From contig JBEEHH010000011.1 of NCBI GenBank assembly GCA_041167325.1, forward strand, positions 142,653 to 206,652: DNA of 64,000 nt, read 5' to 3'. Positions 61,794 through 64,000 of this stretch are shown here, one piece after another. Every line of letters begins with the position of its first letter. Position 1 is the first letter of the stretch. Below the pieces are notes generated by a model. The model searched no databases and was not told where the DNA came from. It saw nothing but the letters and a program-made list of their open reading frames with translations. The stretch is from Verrucomicrobiota bacterium. GTDB lineage: Bacteria > Verrucomicrobiota > Verrucomicrobiia > Chthoniobacterales > UBA10450. Made by a program: the position numbers and the translations under genes.

Positions 61794-62470
61794 AATCGAT
61801 CGTCCTTTTCGGCACCGGCAAAATCGCCGAAGTCCTCTTTTATTTTCTCCGTTACCACAGCGATTTCGAAGTCGCGGCTTGCACGGCTGACCGGTCCTTT
61901 CTTCCTGGTGAAACCTGGCAAGGCATTCGCGCGGTCGCTTTCGAGGAAGTGGAGCAGTTTTTTCCACCCGACCAGTACGGAATGTTTGTAGCGCTAGGGT
62001 ACCAGGAGTTAAATGGGCTACGTGCCCGCAAATGCTCAGAAGCAAAGGCCAAAGGCTACAGTCTTATTTCCTATGTTCATCCTGAGTCTGGCTTACCACA
62101 AGACTGTGAGTACGGGGAGAATTGTTTCATCATGAATCACGTTATGATTCACCCCCGTGTCCGGCTCGGAAACGATGTCTTTGTCTGGAGCGGCGCGATG
62201 ATCGGACATCATAGCACCATCGGCGATCACTGCTGGCTTACCTCTTGCGCTAACATTTCAGGGGTCGTTACTGTGGGGAAGAATTGCTTTTTCGCAGTTA
62301 ATGCGACAATCGCGCACAATGTTGTCATCGGAGATGAGTGTTTCATTGGGGCGAATGCGCTCGTCACCAAATGTACCGACGACCGCCAGGTTTTTTTGGC
62401 TGAGCACACCAAGCCATTCAGACTTACCAGCCATCAGTTTTTGCGGATGTCCAATTTTGCCCAACTATGA
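61790..62470 (+). CDS. NeuD/PglD-type left-handed beta-helix sugar N-/O-acyltransferase
   Basis: 226 aa. The N-terminal Rossmann-like region is IVLFGTGKIAEV. The C-terminal hexapeptide repeats are ..IHPRVRLGNDVFVWSGAMIGHHSTIGDHCWLTSCANISGVVTVGKNCFF... Confidence 0.85.
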   Translation: MKSIVLFGTGKIAEVLFYFLRYHSDFEVAACTADRSFLPGETWQGIRAVAFEEVEQFFPPDQYGMFVALGYQELNGLRARKCSEAKAKGYSLISYVHPESGLPQDCEYGENCFIMNHVMIHPRVRLGNDVFVWSGAMIGHHSTIGDHCWLTSCANISGVVTVGKNCFFAVNATIAHNVVIGDECFIGANALVTKCTDDRQVFLAEHTKPFRLTSHQFLRMSNFAQL

Positions 62471-63075
62471 CATCCTCTTTGATGACACCGGCTTCAACGT
62501 CTACGTTCCTTCTTCCCCACTTCCCCGAAGGCTATCAGCTCCAGACCGAGCGGTTGGTTCTTCGCCCGCCGGCGTTAGAGGACGTTGACGCTCTTTGGCC
62601 GCACGTCAGCGATCCGCGCATCACTCGTTTTCTGGCCTGGGGTCCTCATCCAAACAAAGAGGTCACGAAAAGCATGTTGCGGAGCCTCATCGAAGCACAA
62701 AAGCAAGGCAAGGGTTTTCACTGGATTGTCTTTCGCGGTAAAGAACTGCTCGGGATCCTTTCGCTGATTGATGTTCGTCGAACCCACCGGTGCTGGACGT
62801 TAGATAGGGCCGAACTCGCATATTGGCTTGGTCCTGCCTGCCAAGGCTTTGGCTATGCCACTGAGGCCGCGCGCTGGGTCTTACAGTTCGCGTTCGAGAA
62901 GTTGGCGCTTCATAAAGTTATTGTCTATCACGTCAGTGAGAATCCCTCTTCGGGTGCCGTTGCCCAACGTCTCGGCTTTCGTTACATTGGCGAGGAGATG
63001 GAGGCCTTTCAGAAGGAAGGTCACTGGTACCATCTCAAACATTACGAAATGCTCAAGCGAGAGTTTTGCGCTTAA
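62467..63075 (+). CDS. GNAT family N-acetyltransferase (RimJ/RimL-like)
   Basis: 202 aa. LRPPALEDVDALW, and AELAYWLGPACQGFGYATEAARWVLQFAFEKL. Confidence 0.85.
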   Translation: MTSSLMTPASTSTFLLPHFPEGYQLQTERLVLRPPALEDVDALWPHVSDPRITRFLAWGPHPNKEVTKSMLRSLIEAQKQGKGFHWIVFRGKELLGILSLIDVRRTHRCWTLDRAELAYWLGPACQGFGYATEAARWVLQFAFEKLALHKVIVYHVSENPSSGAVAQRLGFRYIGEEMEAFQKEGHWYHLKHYEMLKREFCA

Positions 63076-63085
63076 CCCCCATCAC

Positions 63086-64000
63086 ATGCGCGAAGGTCAA
63101 AAGGATTTTTACCGCTCGCCTGCGACTGGAGCTTCGTTGACCTTACATGCCACCTTGCAGAACGGGGACAGCGTCTTGGAGGGCGAGTTCTTGACCGCCG
63201 ATAATGGCGCGCGTTTTGAGATCCACGACGGGATTCCCGACTTCACCTGGCCACCGATATTGGCGGAGGCTGATTCGCAGACGCGCGCCTCTTACGAGAA
63301 AATGGCTGATGAGTATGACATGTATGCGCCGTTGCCTTTCCAGACCTATCGTGCCGACGAAGAGGCCGTGCGTGAACACATGGTGGACTTGCTCGAGGTT
63401 AAGGAGGACTCGAGGGTTCTCGAAATTGGTTGTGGAACAGGCCGCGGAGCGCCCCATATAGCATCAAGGTTGAGTGCTGCCGGGCAGCTCTATCTGCAAG
63501 AGCTATCTTCCAAGCTGCTCGCTAAGGCTGTGGAAAAGCTCAAGGCAATGACCGTGCCGATCGAGTTCTCCATCGCCAATGGCAGCTATCTGCCCTTTCC
63601 CGATAATTCCTTTGATGCAGCGCACCATTTCGGAGGGATCAACACTTTCGCTGAAATCCCGCGCTGCCTGTCGGAACTCGCGCGTGTCGTGCGACCGGGA
63701 GGGAAAGTGGTGGTTGGCGACGAAGGCTTAGGCCCGTGGCTGAAGGATACCGAGTTCGGAAAGATTATGGCCAACTCGAATCCGCTCTTGAAATGCGAGG
63801 TTCCTTTGGGGTCACTGCCTCCCACCGCCAGTGAAGTACGCGTAGAATGGATTTTGATGGGAGCCTTCTTTGTTATCGACTTCAGAGTAGCGCCGGCTCC
63901 TCCGAGTCCGGATTATCATTTGCAGATTCCCAGCGCGCGCGGTGGTAGTCACTGGACACGTTACTTTGGCCAACTCGAAGGAGTAACTGATGAGACGAAG
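63086..64000 (+). CDS. Class I SAM-dependent methyltransferase with Trm112-like N-terminal segment (3'-partial)
   Basis: Not in the supplied track because it runs off the window. From the ATG at 63086 there are 305 codons with no stop up to nt 64000. FEIHDGIPDF, then VLEIGCGTGRGAP, and VRPGGKVVVGDEG. Confidence 0.8.
   Translation, partial: MREGQKDFYRSPATGASLTLHATLQNGDSVLEGEFLTADNGARFEIHDGIPDFTWPPILAEADSQTRASYEKMADEYDMYAPLPFQTYRADEEAVREHMVDLLEVKEDSRVLEIGCGTGRGAPHIASRLSAAGQLYLQELSSKLLAKAVEKLKAMTVPIEFSIANGSYLPFPDNSFDAAHHFGGINTFAEIPRCLSELARVVRPGGKVVVGDEGLGPWLKDTEFGKIMANSNPLLKCEVPLGSLPPTASEVRVEWILMGAFFVIDFRVAPAPPSPDYHLQIPSARGGSHWTRYFGQLEGVTDETK

Noticed and set aside
1-64000. Search for CRISPR arrays, tRNA/rRNA genes, IS elements, integrases, toxin-antitoxin or phage-defence gene sets.
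   Set aside because: No spaced direct-repeat arrays, no cloverleaf-like or rRNA-like stretches in the short intergenic regions, and no transposase, integrase, nuclease or ATPase-type ORFs were seen. Every sizeable ORF is accounted for by glycan-biosynthesis families or membrane proteins.

Overview
The window is one very large bacterial surface-glycan (LPS/O-antigen, capsule or EPS type) biosynthesis locus with mid-50s % GC. The taxon cannot be assigned from sequence alone. I found no rRNA, tRNA, CRISPR array, transposase, integrase or phage genes. About 60 tightly packed genes lie in four blocks: plus strand 1-3700, minus strand 3795-29841, plus strand 30154-53208, and then minus strand 53213-57242 diverging from plus strand 57393 to the window end. 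Many junctions are 4-nt ATGA or GTGA overlaps, which suggests translational coupling.

Content:
- About 8 glycosyltransferases (GT2 and GT4) and 2 large GT-C-like membrane proteins.
- 12 methyltransferase domains, including a zinc-ribbon C-methyltransferase and an FkbM type.
- Two apparently parallel sedoheptulose-7-P to NDP-heptose gene sets, with a split transketolase and a transaldolase encoded in the locus.
- A UDP-sugar dehydrogenase and epimerase block.
- An MBOAT plus AlgX/AlgJ-like O-acylation module.
- A DegT aminotransferase next to a carrier-protein, adenylase, reductase and acyltransferase cassette.

Most interesting signals:
- A coiled-coil methyltransferase carrying in-frame 168-bp (8-heptad) tandem repeats, a candidate length-tunable chain-terminating ruler. 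A truncated N-terminal paralog sits directly upstream.
- A pair of overlapping polytopic membrane proteins with winged-helix-like tails.
- A gene relic that marks acquisition of the acylation module.
- A nucleotidyltransferase-kinase fusion whose domain order is the reverse of HldE.
- A tandem-fused double WbuC cupin.

No initiating phosphoglycosyl transferase, Wzx/Wzy/Wzz, Wza or ABC exporter is recognisable in the 64 kb.

All functional calls come from motif recognition by eye; no database search was run.
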